Source of the DNA: an archaeon
GTDB lineage: Archaea > Nanobdellota > Nanobdellia > Woesearchaeales > UBA9642
DNA length: 64,000 nucleotides
Assembly: GCA_020057295.1 (NCBI GenBank)
Contig: JAGVGF010000002.1
Span: 96,001-160,000 of the forward strand
Direction: 5' to 3'
Below, piece after piece: positions 38,901-50,900 of the stretch; within the stretch, counting starts at the first letter, position 1; each line of letters begins with the position of its first letter. A program made the position numbers and the translations under genes. The notes under the pieces were generated by a model. It did no database searches and had not been told where the DNA came from. It was given only the letters and a program-made list of their open reading frames with translations.

Positions 38901-41900
38901 TCAAATAAAGGTGCAACTGAGTACGCTCAAAATTTTAAATGTACTTGGGAAGATGATGGGTCTAAAGCATTATTTGTTTGGGTAAATAATGGTGTAACTT
39001 ATCTAACCTCCGGATCATATACGAAAGCTACGAGTACATTTTCAAATCCTAATTGGACTTCTGGAACGCAAATTGTTGCAAATGGTGCAGGAGCACTTAG
39101 ATCTGCATATCTTGTTTCCAATCCTGCATCAAATAGTGTATTTTTAACATATACTGATGGTGCAAGAGATGGTGGATGTTCATTATGGACTGGCACGACT
39201 TGGGATGGTTCAGGATGTAATAGTGCAACAGTATTTGAAACAACCGGTCCAAATGTTGGAGTAGCATGGTTAGTTTTTGATTGGTTTAGAAATCCTCCTC
39301 CTCAACCAGAAATAACAATAATAACTCCAACAAATTCAATTGGTTATATAAATTATACTGGAATAACAAATCCTAGTTCAACAAGTATTGCGTGGGATAA
39401 TGGAACTACTGCTCTTCCTCCGCCTGGCGCTTCTGCTCCAATTACTGGAGTAGAATTCCCTTCTGCTGAATATGTAAAGATAACTTCAAGTAATGACATA
39501 AGACATATAACAACTGTTACAGGAACTGCTGGAAGATATGCTTATCAAAGTTTTAATTTTACTGTTACTGAATCAACAGTAAATATGCAATCAATAATTG
39601 TAACTCATGAAGGTTATGCCACTCAAACAACAAGTCTTACTGCAAGTCAATTTTATATTTATGGATATAATTGGAGTTCAGATTCGTATGTTTTATTAAA
39701 AACAGTATTTGCAAGTTCAGTTGATGTTACTAGTGAAGTAACTATTGATGCAGGATTTAATGATTTTGTTAGAAATAGACAAATGTATGTTCTTGTTCAG
39801 GGAAGTTTTGCAATAGGTGTTGGAGCAAATGCTAGAGCTGATATAAACACAGACTATATGGGTTTAACAGTAGAAACTATTCCAATGCTTTCACAAAATA
39901 TTACTGTGAATGCTTCCGCAATTGACGATGATGGTATAAGTAAATGTGAATGGATTTTCTATAATTCTACAAATGGTAATCCAAATAGTTTAATAGGAAT
40001 GATAAATACTTTTGGAGATTATTATTATAATTTTAGTTCTATATCAGGAGTTCCTGATGGATATTATAATTTAACTGTATTTTGTAATGATACATTAAGC
40101 GCAAGAACAAATGAATCTGTATATGTTTATATAGATTCAACTCCTCCAGCAATAATATTATATAATCCTACAAACAATTCTAATATCACTGTAAACTATG
40201 CATTGTTTTCTTGGAATGCGACAGATATATTATATGCTAATTTAGTTTGTAATTTAACAATTGATGGAACTGTCAGAGCGACAAATGTTGTATCTGCACA
40301 TGCAGAAAATATTAGTAGAAATATTACAAGTATTACTGATGGAACACACTACTGGAACGTCACGTGTAGAGATGACGCTGGAAATAGGAATATTTCTCAA
40401 ACCTGGAGATTTGATTCTGATACTATAGGACCTGCTGTGACTCTTAATAGTCCAAGCGCCTCATCTTACACTAATAAAAATCCTTTAGATTTGAATTTCA
40501 CTGCAACAGATTCACATACGATTGTTAATTGTTCATTATATCTTGACGGATCATTAAATCAAACAATAACTTCTGTTACTAGCGGCATTATGACTAATTT
40601 TACATTTACAAATTTAAATCAGGGAGTTCACAATTGGAATGTTAGTTGTTATGATAGCTTTGGATTACGTGGAAATTCAACAAGTAGAAATTTCACTTAT
40701 GATACGATATTGCCTACTGTGTATTTAAATATTTCAACTGGATACATTTTCAATGGAACGATTCCAATATTAAATTATACTGTAATTGATAATATTGATT
40801 CTAATCTAACATGTAATATTACTGTTAATAGTGTTATAGAACTTGCAAATATTGCATCAACAAATAATACTTTAATATCAAGATCAGTTCCATTACTTGA
40901 TGGATTTAAACAATGGAATGTTACATGTGTTGATGATGCAGGAAACGTTAACACTTCTGAAACAAGAATTTTTCAAGTCATAGGCGGTCCTCTTGTAACG
41001 CTTCAAACTCCTGTTAATGGAACGATAGGTAATGGAACAAATATAACTTTAAAATATTACGCTCAAGATGGGAATGGAGTTGCAAATTGCTCGTTATATA
41101 TTAATGATGTTCTAAATCAAACAAATACTAGCATTACAAGTGGAGCAAATAATACTTTTTTAATTTCAAGTCTTAATGAAGGAAGATATAATTGGAGCGT
41201 AACATGTTACGATACTAATGGTTATCCGGGTTATTCTAGTACTTGGCAAATTATTTCAGACAGATCAAAACCTTCAATAAATTTAAGTGCTCCAATTTCA
41301 GGACAGGTATTAACTACTACGCCAACATATTTTAATTTCACACTCTTAGATTTTTATTCCACAAATGCTACGTGTAATTTGACTATTGATGGAATTGTAA
41401 ATGCCGGTAATCAAAATTTTGTAGCATTAAATGGTTCTGTAACTACTAGATCTCAAACTGTAACAAATGGATTGCATTATTGGAATGTTACATGTATAGA
41501 TTTAGGATATAATTTTAACACTTCTTTAACGCGGAATTTTACTATAAATGTTACATTCCCTGTAAGTGTTACTGTAGTTGCTGACAAGACCCAATACCAA
41601 GAAGGAGAAATTGCTCAAATAAATATTACCACAAAAAATGAAACTTCAGGAAATATTGCTACAAATATAACTTTGGATTATATATACACCAATAATACTT
41701 ATACTGATATTCCTTGGTGGAATACTTCTTGGAATTATAGAAAGTCCATTGTTTTGAATCAAACAAATAATACTTTAATCTCTAGTAAAGCAATACTTGT
41801 AAATGTTACAGTTCCATATGGCACAATTACTAATTGTCATGAACTTCGAGTAGTTTCTGATTCAGATTTAAGTTTTGTAGATTCTAATGTTATAACTGGT

Positions 41901-44900
41901 GATGATGTTACATTTTGCTACATTTATTTTATTGGAACAGTTACTGCAAATGCAGTTAATGAAAATAATTATCACGTGTATTACGGAAATGTAAATGCAT
42001 CATATTCAACGCAAAGCGTGTATGTTTCCGGAAATTATATTTTAGAACAATTGTTTTATGATGATTTTTCAACTGCATCAATAACTTCAAATTGGACTGT
42101 AAGTTCTGGATGGGACGCATCTAATGCAAATCCCTTAGCTGGAGATCACGCTCATATTCAAGGAACTGTTACAGATGCGACGATTAGACTTACAAATTCT
42201 TTAAATTTGTTAAATTATGATTTTGTAAATCTATCATTTACGTGGGGTATAGATGCATCATGGGATGCTGGTGCTCCTCTTGATTATTTACGTTATGATT
42301 ATAGTAATGATTCTGCAAGTACGTGGACTGGAAGCGGAGGAGTAGGAACATTAAACGGGAACGGTGTTGCTCAAACACAAACAGTAAATACTCAATTAAA
42401 TAGTTCTTATAAGATAAATGGATTCAATTTAAGATTTAGAGCAACAACAAATAATGCAAATGAAGATGGGGGATTTGATACTTTTAATATTACAGGACAG
42501 TATGCTGTACAATCAAGTGTAAATTCAAATGTCGGAAATCATCAAGTTTGGATTTTAAGAACTACAAATGTTACAAATTCTTCTGGACAGTATAATACAA
42601 CATTTACCACTCTTGGAAGAACTTATGGAAATTATAGTGCTGTAGGATACGCTTATCCTCCAAATGTTAATTTACGTCAAGGATGGGGATATGATTATTT
42701 TGATTTAATTGCGGATCAATTTGGTCCTGTGATTACTTTGTTATATCCAACTAATGCAACAACTCTTAGAAGTGGAAATATCACTTTCAATTATACTGCT
42801 GTAGATTATGCAAATAATGTGGCAAATTGTTCATTATACATAAACGGAGTATTTAATCAATCAAATTCTACAATAAATGAATCTATAACTAACAATTTTA
42901 CTTCTGAATTATTCGAAGGACAATATTATTGGTTGATTAATTGCTTTGACTCTTTAGGTTCACAAACAAATTCTTCAAGATACAATTTAACAATAGATGA
43001 TACTCCTCCAATAGTTAGTCTAATAAGTCCAAATAATTCTGTTCTTCCATCTGGAACAATTACTTTTAACTTTAATGTAACTGATAATTTTGATACTACG
43101 ATTTTGTGTAATATCACAGTTGATTCTGGAAATTACTCAAAACTTTTCAACACTTCAAATGGTGTAAATTCTACAACAATTGCAAATATTACTGATGGAT
43201 TGCATTATTGGAATATGACTTGTTATGATAATATAAATAATAATGCGACTAGCACAACATTAAATTTCACAACAGCAACAATTCCTATTGTTACTTTGCA
43301 TTCTCCGGCCACAAATTATGGCGTGAATAGTACAAATATTACTTTGTATTATAATTTATCCTCTGTCAATGTTGATAATTGTTCGTTAGTATTGAATGGT
43401 CAATACAATCAAACAGTAAATAGTACACAGATTCCATTTAAGGCAAATGATGGACAAAATGTATTCAATTTAACTGGAATGGGTTACGGAATATACAATT
43501 GGACAGTAATATGCTTTGACTCAAATAATTTTAACGGAACCGATACGACAAGAATTTTCCATTTAGATAATGCTTTCCCTATAATTAATTTATCATATCC
43601 TGCAAATAATCAAACAATATTTAGCAGAAATATTAATTTCACATTCAACGTTACAGATATTGATGATGTATTAGTATGTAATTTAACAATTGATGGTGTT
43701 GTGAATAAAAGCAATCAAAATATTTCTTCTAATAATTCTGGGAAAGTAGGAAGTATATATGTTACTGGACTTTCTGTAACTAATCATAATTGGAGCGTTG
43801 CATGTGCTGACAATGTAGGATTTTCTACTACTTCTGTAACTTGGAATTTTACCATTGACTCAAGTGTAAGCATTTCTCTTACGAGCCCCGCAAATAATTT
43901 CCTATCTAGTTCTGGAAGCGTAAATTTCATTTATGTTCCAAGCAGTCCTGCGGATTTTGATTTAGGATTCTGTGATTTATACATTAATGATTCAATATAT
44001 GCAACGCATGTAGCTTTAACTTCAGGATCACCAGACACTTTTGCTGTCGCTGGATTAGGAGAAGGTAGGTATAATTGGTCGATTAATTGTACTGATAGCG
44101 TCGGAAAAAATGGTGCTAGTGAAACAAGAAATTTCACGCTTGATATGACTGGTCCGATTGTAACAAATTATTATCCTAATGGAAATGTCTTTACAAATAG
44201 TTCAGTATTTTTCAATTGGTCTGCAACAGATAATTATGATGCAAACATGAGCTGTACAATACTTGTTAATGGAACAGCGCAATCACCAATTGTTTATTCG
44301 TTAAATGGAACTGTAACGAATCATACTTATTCAAATTTCCGTGACGGATTATTATTCTGGAATGTTACATGTACTGATGATGCAGGAAATAATGGAACAA
44401 GCAGTTTGAAAAATTTCACTGTACAAGAACCTCCAGCAATTACTTTAAATTCTCCCTCTAACAATAATCGAACTAAAAATAGGAATATAACGTTTTATTA
44501 CACTCCGACAGATAATTCTGGAAATATAAGTTCATGTAGCATAATATTTGACGGTTTATTAAATCAGACAAATTCGACACAATTAGCTTCAGGTGTGCAG
44601 AGAAACTTTACAATAAATAATATTGCTGCTGGAAATCATACCTGGTCAATTAACTGTACTGACCCTTCAGGAAATATAGGATCATCAATAAATTATACTT
44701 TCTATATAGATCTATATGCTCCAACAATTGTTTTAGATAGACCTATTGAGGGAGATTTCTTAAATACAAATGATGTATTCTTTAACTGGACAGCAACAGA
44801 TTATTCTGGAACAACAATAAATTGTTCATTATATGTTGATAATTTATTCAAAAATTCAACAGCTAGAACGAGCGGATCATCATTTAATATAACAGCATAT

Positions 44901-47900
44901 AATCTAACTGATGGACCACATAATTGGAGTGTTAATTGTTCTGATGATTTAGCCAATTATTTAATGAGTGAAACAAGAAATTTCACAATAAATCAACCTG
45001 ACTTATACATAGATAATAATAGAATAATTTTCAATAACACAAATCCTGATGAAAATAGCACTATTAACATAACTGTGAACGTTACGAATATAGGTGGAGT
45101 TCCCGCAAACAATATTCTTGTAGAGTTTTGGGATGGACTTCCAAATGTGGGAACATATATTGGTAATGATACAGGAACTGTTGCTGTAAATGGTTCAAGA
45201 ATATATTCAGTATTATGGAATATTACATTAGGATATCATAATATTTGGGTTATTGTTGATCCATATAATACTCAAGGAGAACTTAATGAATCTAATAATA
45301 ATGCCACGAAAAACATTTCCATATTAAGATCTATAATTAATAGTCCTTTAAATGGTACTGCATCTATAAATTCTAATGTTACAATAAATTTCACGCTACA
45401 AGATTTCACTACAGGCAATATTAATTATTCAGTATTTGTTGATGGATCCTTTAATGGACAGAATGGTTCAGTGGTTGATAATGTATCAACGTTACTAAAT
45501 GTTACATTAACGCAAGGGTTACATTATATACAAATTCAAGCTAGAGATTTACTTGGCAGATATAAAAATTCCACCAGAGTATATATCACTATAGATTATA
45601 CTGCACCACAACCTGTTATTAACACAGTAAATTATACATGGTACAATTATAGTATTCCTCAAATAAATATTAGCGCAACAGATAATGTTTATACAAACAT
45701 TTCTTACAGAGTTTACGTTAATGGTACAGAAAATATTAATGGCACAATAACCAATGGAACTTCAAAGTTTGTAAACCTATCAACTTTAAGCGATGGATAT
45801 TATGTATTAATAATGGAAGCATGGGATTTCTTGAATAATACTGCTAACAGTACACCAAAATATATCTATGTCGACACAACAAAGCCCACAATTACATTAA
45901 ATAGCCCGGGTAATAATGCAAATATTACAAATAGAACTGTACAATTAAACTTTACAGTTAATGATAATTTAGCAAATAATGCTACATGCAATATCACATT
46001 AGATGGTTTGATAGTTAGTTTTCCTACTGTAAACATTAGTCAGCCATATATTTATACAGCGAACAATTTGATTGAGGGAACACATTATTGGAATGTTACA
46101 TGTATGGATCAAGCACTAAATATTAACACAAGTGTTACAAATTCTTTTAACGTTTATATTGCTCCAAATATTACTCTTGTAAGTCCATCTAACAATCAAT
46201 GGAGTAATACAGCAAATAACACTTTCTATTTCAATGTCAGTGATGAAACAGGATTAGAGAATTGTTCAATAATATTAAATGGCGTGATTAATCAGACAAA
46301 AACTACTGCACAATTGGTAAACAACGGGACAAATAATTTTACAATTACGGAAATGATTTCTGGAAATCATACATGGAGCATTGAATGTTATGATAATACA
46401 TTATATCATACATATAGCATAAGCAGTAATAGAACATTGTACGTTGATTTAATTAGACCACAACCAAATATCGAAACACTAAATAATTCATGGTTTAATA
46501 CTGCCACTCCTTTGATAACATTTAATATCACAGATAATATGGCATTAACGATAAATTATACACTATTTGTTAATGGTTCCGGTAATACTAATGGTGTGGT
46601 TACAAATGGTTCAACAATTTCAGTAAATTTACAGCCATTACAAAATGGAACTTACTCAGTAATATTACAAGGCACTGATTTAGCAGGCAACGTTCAAAAT
46701 TCTACACCTATAATAATCTATATAGATACAATATTACCATCAATAAATTTAACATATCCCGCTAATGATACAAATATTACTGCAAGTTATACTAACTTAA
46801 ACTTTACACCATCAGACAATATGGCATCATACTTAATGTGTAATGTTACATTAGATGGAAATAATGTTGGCTTGAATATTAATGTAACTAATGGTCAAAA
46901 TCAGAATGTGAGCGTTTCATCAATTAATGGAGGATATCATTATTGGAATGTTACATGTATGGATCAAGCAGGTAATAAAAATACTAGTCAGACATTCAGA
47001 TTCTACATCCAAATGCCAGATTTGTATATAAACACTAGTTCAATATATTTTAGTAACAATAATCCTATAGAAAACGAAACAATAAATATCACAGCAACAA
47101 TATATAATATAGGAAATATTGATGCATTCAACTTCATAGCAGAGATACGTGCTATAAACCAGACAGGACCGATAGTAGCTAATGTTACATTAAATTTATC
47201 TGCAGGAAATTATACAAATATCACAGGAAGTTATATGTTACCAATAGGAGATACATCGTTCTATGTCTTAGTTGATACTCCTATAACAACAAACGGTTCA
47301 GTTCAAGAAGAAAATGAATCAAACAATAATGCAAGTAAAACAATTCATGTAGGATTATGGGAATATGTTGTGGGAACTACAATTGACAAACTGGCTTTAA
47401 TAAATAACTTATCAATATATGATTGGATAGTGAATAATGCTACAGGAAGCAATTTGTATGTTACAGATGCAGATTCAAATATTAACTGGTTTACACTACA
47501 AGCGCTAGGTAGAAACATATCGAACGGAACGTCAGGAACTGATTTCTACACATTTGACACAAAAATAAATTCTACAATACTCACAGATTCAGTGAATAGA
47601 ACATATACTTTAGGAGGACAGCCTATAGAAACTATAAATTACACAGTCTTTAGAAGATTTATTACCAACATTCCGATTGTTAATAGTACAAATAATACTA
47701 ATTTCAAAACAGGATTACTATGGGATACAGGAGATGGTGGAATAGCGTATAATGGAACACAAGATGTGGTTCTCATATCGAAAATAAGTAAATCGACGCA
47801 GGGATACAATGCTACTGTAGATTATGAATTAAGAGTGCCTGCAACACTCAGATCGTATAAGGGATCTGTTAATCAAGTAGTATTTTATGGAGAAATTAAT

Positions 47901-47903
47901 TAA
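35988..47903 (+). CDS. Giant secreted surface protein (~3970 aa): ~20 Ig-like repeats, DUF2341, 2 CARDB-like domains, C-terminal shared domain
   Basis: Signal peptide after M33 of the track ORF (VYA-V); repeated C-x-L-x-I/L-D/N-G...G-x-H/Y-x-W-N-V-T-C-x-D; PWWNTSWNYRK; PDLYI...ELNESNNNA; very many N-x-S/T sequons; no C-terminal TM. Confidence 0.88.
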   Translation: MNNNKNFGNRMLMSVLFLLVILLSFSVHSVYAVKLQSELKDTNIILSLDDSKFNGVDLGENYELMMSLGNQNYKYFGGMIFPIIINTNGEGLYSFKLLNKSNQEILSEISVSKTFDCDKLSLNVAPSTKSSNNDVGTYSVGEEISIHLFEGQIALSNIPQFIIISIIAQNNSDKVYRLSGDITSKFIPSESGTYTVSLYCNSGAIYSKDIVVKSSDASSDVSMGNVSIIEPYTQNNDLVHSNIENNGANYSIKRITVKNSRNEVFIGDVKAYNIRSEAPVGIRQKILSLLSSNSGKEIIGKIEMDLNGVSGLENTKLSLNDVDSTSNTVLIESISKKNIEEKNTINLEGSIEGSIVDAYALDLSALSFTNGTLTKTAKGRVLWKCKDWNFAQQTCFGKWIEVMNIRPGEDYSFEVSPNDPGFIETGLATINTDKSIYQIGESAKISAVVLDTQGYLVSNATVNIMITTPGNTVYFFDNVAESKRGIYEIIFNHNDIIGNYTMQVSAYKNETNLGMTQYVNYSMISDFSVMEYYDFDIIRNIPITTDPFRKPLYAKILIHPLNENITNYNFTEVIPSDLLVIDAPGATISNAGNETHLTWTGLNGNVTLNYTTQPPLITPNLLILGKAFIEYVINSATYIFVEFRNWFIAVDPTVTRDQGLVVYADRTDDGFIKYRNWTGSTLQSEVNSGVDFGNRIAWLKFRCLVNREQCILVGSDTGADINFNVFYTNNWTWSTNTQLDGSSETSQSNIDLDCESLSGQCIVVYEDSTNNDAVFVYRIWNGTDISGINTVTITGGENNEIDWINLYPQKGTNNIGIAIQNDGGGVNTDTPAIYSAIWNGTNFTNWRTLTANSPADGTSRTFYRHYDCAWEGGTGYFGCFYANDTLNAILFDRFNGTNWNYMGRIFNTSGEPREISACGQEGLSSFNHSYIGLMFCDSANDLDGTIWNGTSLLKTTHAASPAQNTNAECGDSNKGATEYAQNFKCTWEDDGSKALFVWVNNGVTYLTSGSYTKATSTFSNPNWTSGTQIVANGAGALRSAYLVSNPASNSVFLTYTDGARDGGCSLWTGTTWDGSGCNSATVFETTGPNVGVAWLVFDWFRNPPPQPEITIITPTNSIGYINYTGITNPSSTSIAWDNGTTALPPPGASAPITGVEFPSAEYVKITSSNDIRHITTVTGTAGRYAYQSFNFTVTESTVNMQSIIVTHEGYATQTTSLTASQFYIYGYNWSSDSYVLLKTVFASSVDVTSEVTIDAGFNDFVRNRQMYVLVQGSFAIGVGANARADINTDYMGLTVETIPMLSQNITVNASAIDDDGISKCEWIFYNSTNGNPNSLIGMINTFGDYYYNFSSISGVPDGYYNLTVFCNDTLSARTNESVYVYIDSTPPAIILYNPTNNSNITVNYALFSWNATDILYANLVCNLTIDGTVRATNVVSAHAENISRNITSITDGTHYWNVTCRDDAGNRNISQTWRFDSDTIGPAVTLNSPSASSYTNKNPLDLNFTATDSHTIVNCSLYLDGSLNQTITSVTSGIMTNFTFTNLNQGVHNWNVSCYDSFGLRGNSTSRNFTYDTILPTVYLNISTGYIFNGTIPILNYTVIDNIDSNLTCNITVNSVIELANIASTNNTLISRSVPLLDGFKQWNVTCVDDAGNVNTSETRIFQVIGGPLVTLQTPVNGTIGNGTNITLKYYAQDGNGVANCSLYINDVLNQTNTSITSGANNTFLISSLNEGRYNWSVTCYDTNGYPGYSSTWQIISDRSKPSINLSAPISGQVLTTTPTYFNFTLLDFYSTNATCNLTIDGIVNAGNQNFVALNGSVTTRSQTVTNGLHYWNVTCIDLGYNFNTSLTRNFTINVTFPVSVTVVADKTQYQEGEIAQINITTKNETSGNIATNITLDYIYTNNTYTDIPWWNTSWNYRKSIVLNQTNNTLISSKAILVNVTVPYGTITNCHELRVVSDSDLSFVDSNVITGDDVTFCYIYFIGTVTANAVNENNYHVYYGNVNASYSTQSVYVSGNYILEQLFYDDFSTASITSNWTVSSGWDASNANPLAGDHAHIQGTVTDATIRLTNSLNLLNYDFVNLSFTWGIDASWDAGAPLDYLRYDYSNDSASTWTGSGGVGTLNGNGVAQTQTVNTQLNSSYKINGFNLRFRATTNNANEDGGFDTFNITGQYAVQSSVNSNVGNHQVWILRTTNVTNSSGQYNTTFTTLGRTYGNYSAVGYAYPPNVNLRQGWGYDYFDLIADQFGPVITLLYPTNATTLRSGNITFNYTAVDYANNVANCSLYINGVFNQSNSTINESITNNFTSELFEGQYYWLINCFDSLGSQTNSSRYNLTIDDTPPIVSLISPNNSVLPSGTITFNFNVTDNFDTTILCNITVDSGNYSKLFNTSNGVNSTTIANITDGLHYWNMTCYDNINNNATSTTLNFTTATIPIVTLHSPATNYGVNSTNITLYYNLSSVNVDNCSLVLNGQYNQTVNSTQIPFKANDGQNVFNLTGMGYGIYNWTVICFDSNNFNGTDTTRIFHLDNAFPIINLSYPANNQTIFSRNINFTFNVTDIDDVLVCNLTIDGVVNKSNQNISSNNSGKVGSIYVTGLSVTNHNWSVACADNVGFSTTSVTWNFTIDSSVSISLTSPANNFLSSSGSVNFIYVPSSPADFDLGFCDLYINDSIYATHVALTSGSPDTFAVAGLGEGRYNWSINCTDSVGKNGASETRNFTLDMTGPIVTNYYPNGNVFTNSSVFFNWSATDNYDANMSCTILVNGTAQSPIVYSLNGTVTNHTYSNFRDGLLFWNVTCTDDAGNNGTSSLKNFTVQEPPAITLNSPSNNNRTKNRNITFYYTPTDNSGNISSCSIIFDGLLNQTNSTQLASGVQRNFTINNIAAGNHTWSINCTDPSGNIGSSINYTFYIDLYAPTIVLDRPIEGDFLNTNDVFFNWTATDYSGTTINCSLYVDNLFKNSTARTSGSSFNITAYNLTDGPHNWSVNCSDDLANYLMSETRNFTINQPDLYIDNNRIIFNNTNPDENSTINITVNVTNIGGVPANNILVEFWDGLPNVGTYIGNDTGTVAVNGSRIYSVLWNITLGYHNIWVIVDPYNTQGELNESNNNATKNISILRSIINSPLNGTASINSNVTINFTLQDFTTGNINYSVFVDGSFNGQNGSVVDNVSTLLNVTLTQGLHYIQIQARDLLGRYKNSTRVYITIDYTAPQPVINTVNYTWYNYSIPQINISATDNVYTNISYRVYVNGTENINGTITNGTSKFVNLSTLSDGYYVLIMEAWDFLNNTANSTPKYIYVDTTKPTITLNSPGNNANITNRTVQLNFTVNDNLANNATCNITLDGLIVSFPTVNISQPYIYTANNLIEGTHYWNVTCMDQALNINTSVTNSFNVYIAPNITLVSPSNNQWSNTANNTFYFNVSDETGLENCSIILNGVINQTKTTAQLVNNGTNNFTITEMISGNHTWSIECYDNTLYHTYSISSNRTLYVDLIRPQPNIETLNNSWFNTATPLITFNITDNMALTINYTLFVNGSGNTNGVVTNGSTISVNLQPLQNGTYSVILQGTDLAGNVQNSTPIIIYIDTILPSINLTYPANDTNITASYTNLNFTPSDNMASYLMCNVTLDGNNVGLNINVTNGQNQNVSVSSINGGYHYWNVTCMDQAGNKNTSQTFRFYIQMPDLYINTSSIYFSNNNPIENETINITATIYNIGNIDAFNFIAEIRAINQTGPIVANVTLNLSAGNYTNITGSYMLPIGDTSFYVLVDTPITTNGSVQEENESNNNASKTIHVGLWEYVVGTTIDKLALINNLSIYDWIVNNATGSNLYVTDADSNINWFTLQALGRNISNGTSGTDFYTFDTKINSTILTDSVNRTYTLGGQPIETINYTVFRRFITNIPIVNSTNNTNFKTGLLWDTGDGGIAYNGTQDVVLISKISKSTQGYNATVDYELRVPATLRSYKGSVNQVVFYGEIN

Positions 47904-50900
47904 TGAATATACATTTGCCTGAGTATCGGAAGAAGAATATAATACTTGCTGAAACACTTAAGAATACATCTTTATTTGTATTCTTTGTGACTTTATTATT
48001 TTTAATAGTCACTCCCTCAGTTACAAGTATTCCGATGATGAGTTTTGACAAAAATTATTATGTAACAAATGATGTTGTTAGCATATTAACAAAAGATCCT
48101 TCTCCATTGACTATATCTGGTTCATTAACTCTTGAAGTTTCAATAAAGGAAGATACTAATTATTATTTTAAATATCTTGGATCTGTTAATGAGATTATAT
48201 CATTTATTCCCACACAGTCTGGGGAATATATTTTTAGATTATATAATGAAAATGGAAATTTAATTGATGAAAAGAGTTTCCTTGTCTATGATAAAAGTGT
48301 CGATTCGTGTGCAACTCATAAACTAGGATCTCAAATATTGATTGATTTAGAAGAATACGCTTTTGATTTAGGATCAAAACTTCCTTCGGAAATAGAATTA
48401 ATATATTCAAATGCATTGTCAACTAACAAAATAGTTTATAATGGCGGGATAACTCCACAGATATATTATACTCCTAGTATTATTGGAAAATACTCGTTAT
48501 ACGCTGACGGAATATATCTTGCTTGTTATGACATAATAGATGATTTCGCAATAGAAAATTCTAAGATAATACACTCTACAAATGAAAATTTAAACAATAT
48601 TACTTATTTAAATAATCAAATCAGTAATCAAACTAGCAATAGTATGAACAAAACTACTTTTATTAATGGATTAAATATTTCTCTTATCTCAAACCAGTAT
48701 GATTCAAAAAACACTTCTTCAATTGTTATAGATCTTAATAATTCGCTTATTCAGTCAGAAACAGGAAGATTAAAGAAAAAAATTATTCTATTCAAGATAA
48801 AAAATAGTCTAAACGAAAGTTTGAACGCTGATACTTTTGTTTATGAGAAAGAAAAAATCGTTGGTACAATTCAAAACACTAATTCAAATAACAAAGATTA
48901 CGCTTCGAATGTAAAAGATAATATTTTAGAAAACAATTTATTATTAAATACGAGGATTTCTGTTATTGATTATACTGCAAACACTTCAATTTCTAATAAT
49001 GCTTACACTCCTGATTTTCTCGTTATTAATGATACAAGCGCGAGTTTACAAAATGCATCACTTGACGCAGATATAGAATTTGTTTCTGGAAGTGTTAAGA
49101 AAATAAATTTCAAAAATTTGGAATATAAAGAAAATATGGAAGTAGGAGTTGATGAAGTTACTGAAAAATTATCTTCTAATAAATTATTGGAAAAATCAGA
49201 AAAAAAAGAGTTGAAAGCTTACGCTGTAAATCTTTATGATTTGAATTTTACTGCTGCTTCTTTTACAAGTATTGCTGTAGGAACAGAATTGTGGAAATGT
49301 AAAGATTGGAATTTTACGACACAATCATGCTTTGGAACATGGAGTAAATTAATGGATATTATTCCTGGTCAAGAATATAATGTAAGTTTATTCCCTGGAG
49401 ATCCAGGATTTATTGAAACATTTGATGTAAATGTAGCAATAGATATAGATATTCTTGCTCTTGATAATAACACTGTGGTTCTAGCATGGATAAAGAATGG
49501 AACAACCGTAACCGGAAATTTTGAAATATGGAATACTAATGGATCCATAATTGTTAATGATACAACATTTGATGCAGGAATGGATACTCAAAGTCGAGTT
49601 TCGCTTGATTTAATTAATACTAATGATTTTATAATTGCTTCAATTGATGGTTCAACAAATATTTCAAATTTCTATTTTTATAATCGTACAGGCAGTATGA
49701 TTCAAAGTGCAACAACAATTAGTGCTAATGTTGGAGATTTTAATGATTTATCTGTATGTCAATTGGGCGATAGATTTATTTATTCTTATATTGATGCAAA
49801 TCCTGCACAGTTTGATGGTTCATTTCAAATAGTGAATAACTCTGGAAATTTTATAGGTACAATAACTGATGTTGATACAACAGTTACAACAACTACTGCT
49901 CTACAAAACTTTGTATCTTGTGCTGCAATTAATATTACTAACTGGGTATATTTATACTATGATGTTACATCATCAGATGTAACACTTAATGCACGTACAA
50001 ATACTGGAACTAATGTTGTTCTAACTGATTTAAATGCTAATGTAGGTACAACATCACAAGTTGCCGTCGCAACATCAAGAAATGAATATATTGCGAATTT
50101 ATATTATAATTCCGTTGCTGCAACTCAAGATGTAATATTAAATATACGACAATTGAATGGCGCAGTTCTTACTAATATTGCAACAGTTACTCCTGATGCG
50201 ACAGCTGGCGCAAATATTCGTCTGGATATTGCAGAAATTGATGCTTTAGGAACCAGCTACTTTGTTCCGACGTGGTATGATGCAGGAGATACAACAATAA
50301 AAGCGGCAGTGTACAATGAAACCGGAGGACAAATAACTGCTCCATTTATTGTTACAACCACACCTAACACCGGATATAGAATTGTTGCAGTTGCAGGATA
50401 TAATTCTAATGCAGAACTCGGACTTTGCAATGGAACATTTGTAATTGCATATACAAATAGTAGTGGAAATGCCATATTTAATAAATATTTAATTAATGGA
50501 TCTCAATGGAATGGAATTTGTCCTGATGTAACGCCTCCAACTGTCAATCTAACGTATCCTTCAAATGATTCTATTGTCGAAAATAATAATATTTCATTTA
50601 ATTTCACAGTAATTGATGATAGAGATGTTGTACTCCCTAATTGTAGTTTATATACAAATTTCACAGGAAATTTCATAATTAACAAAACAATATATAATGT
50701 AACTTCTGGAATAGAAACATCAATTAATGTCACAAATATCGATGATGGAAAATATATTTGGAATATTAGATGTTATGATAATTCATCAAATAACGCTTTT
50801 GCCATAAATGCTCCAAACAATTTTACGTTGTATATTAACAAAAATATTCCCTCAATAACCAACCCTCTAATAAATAGAACTGTTTTAAATCAAAGTAATT

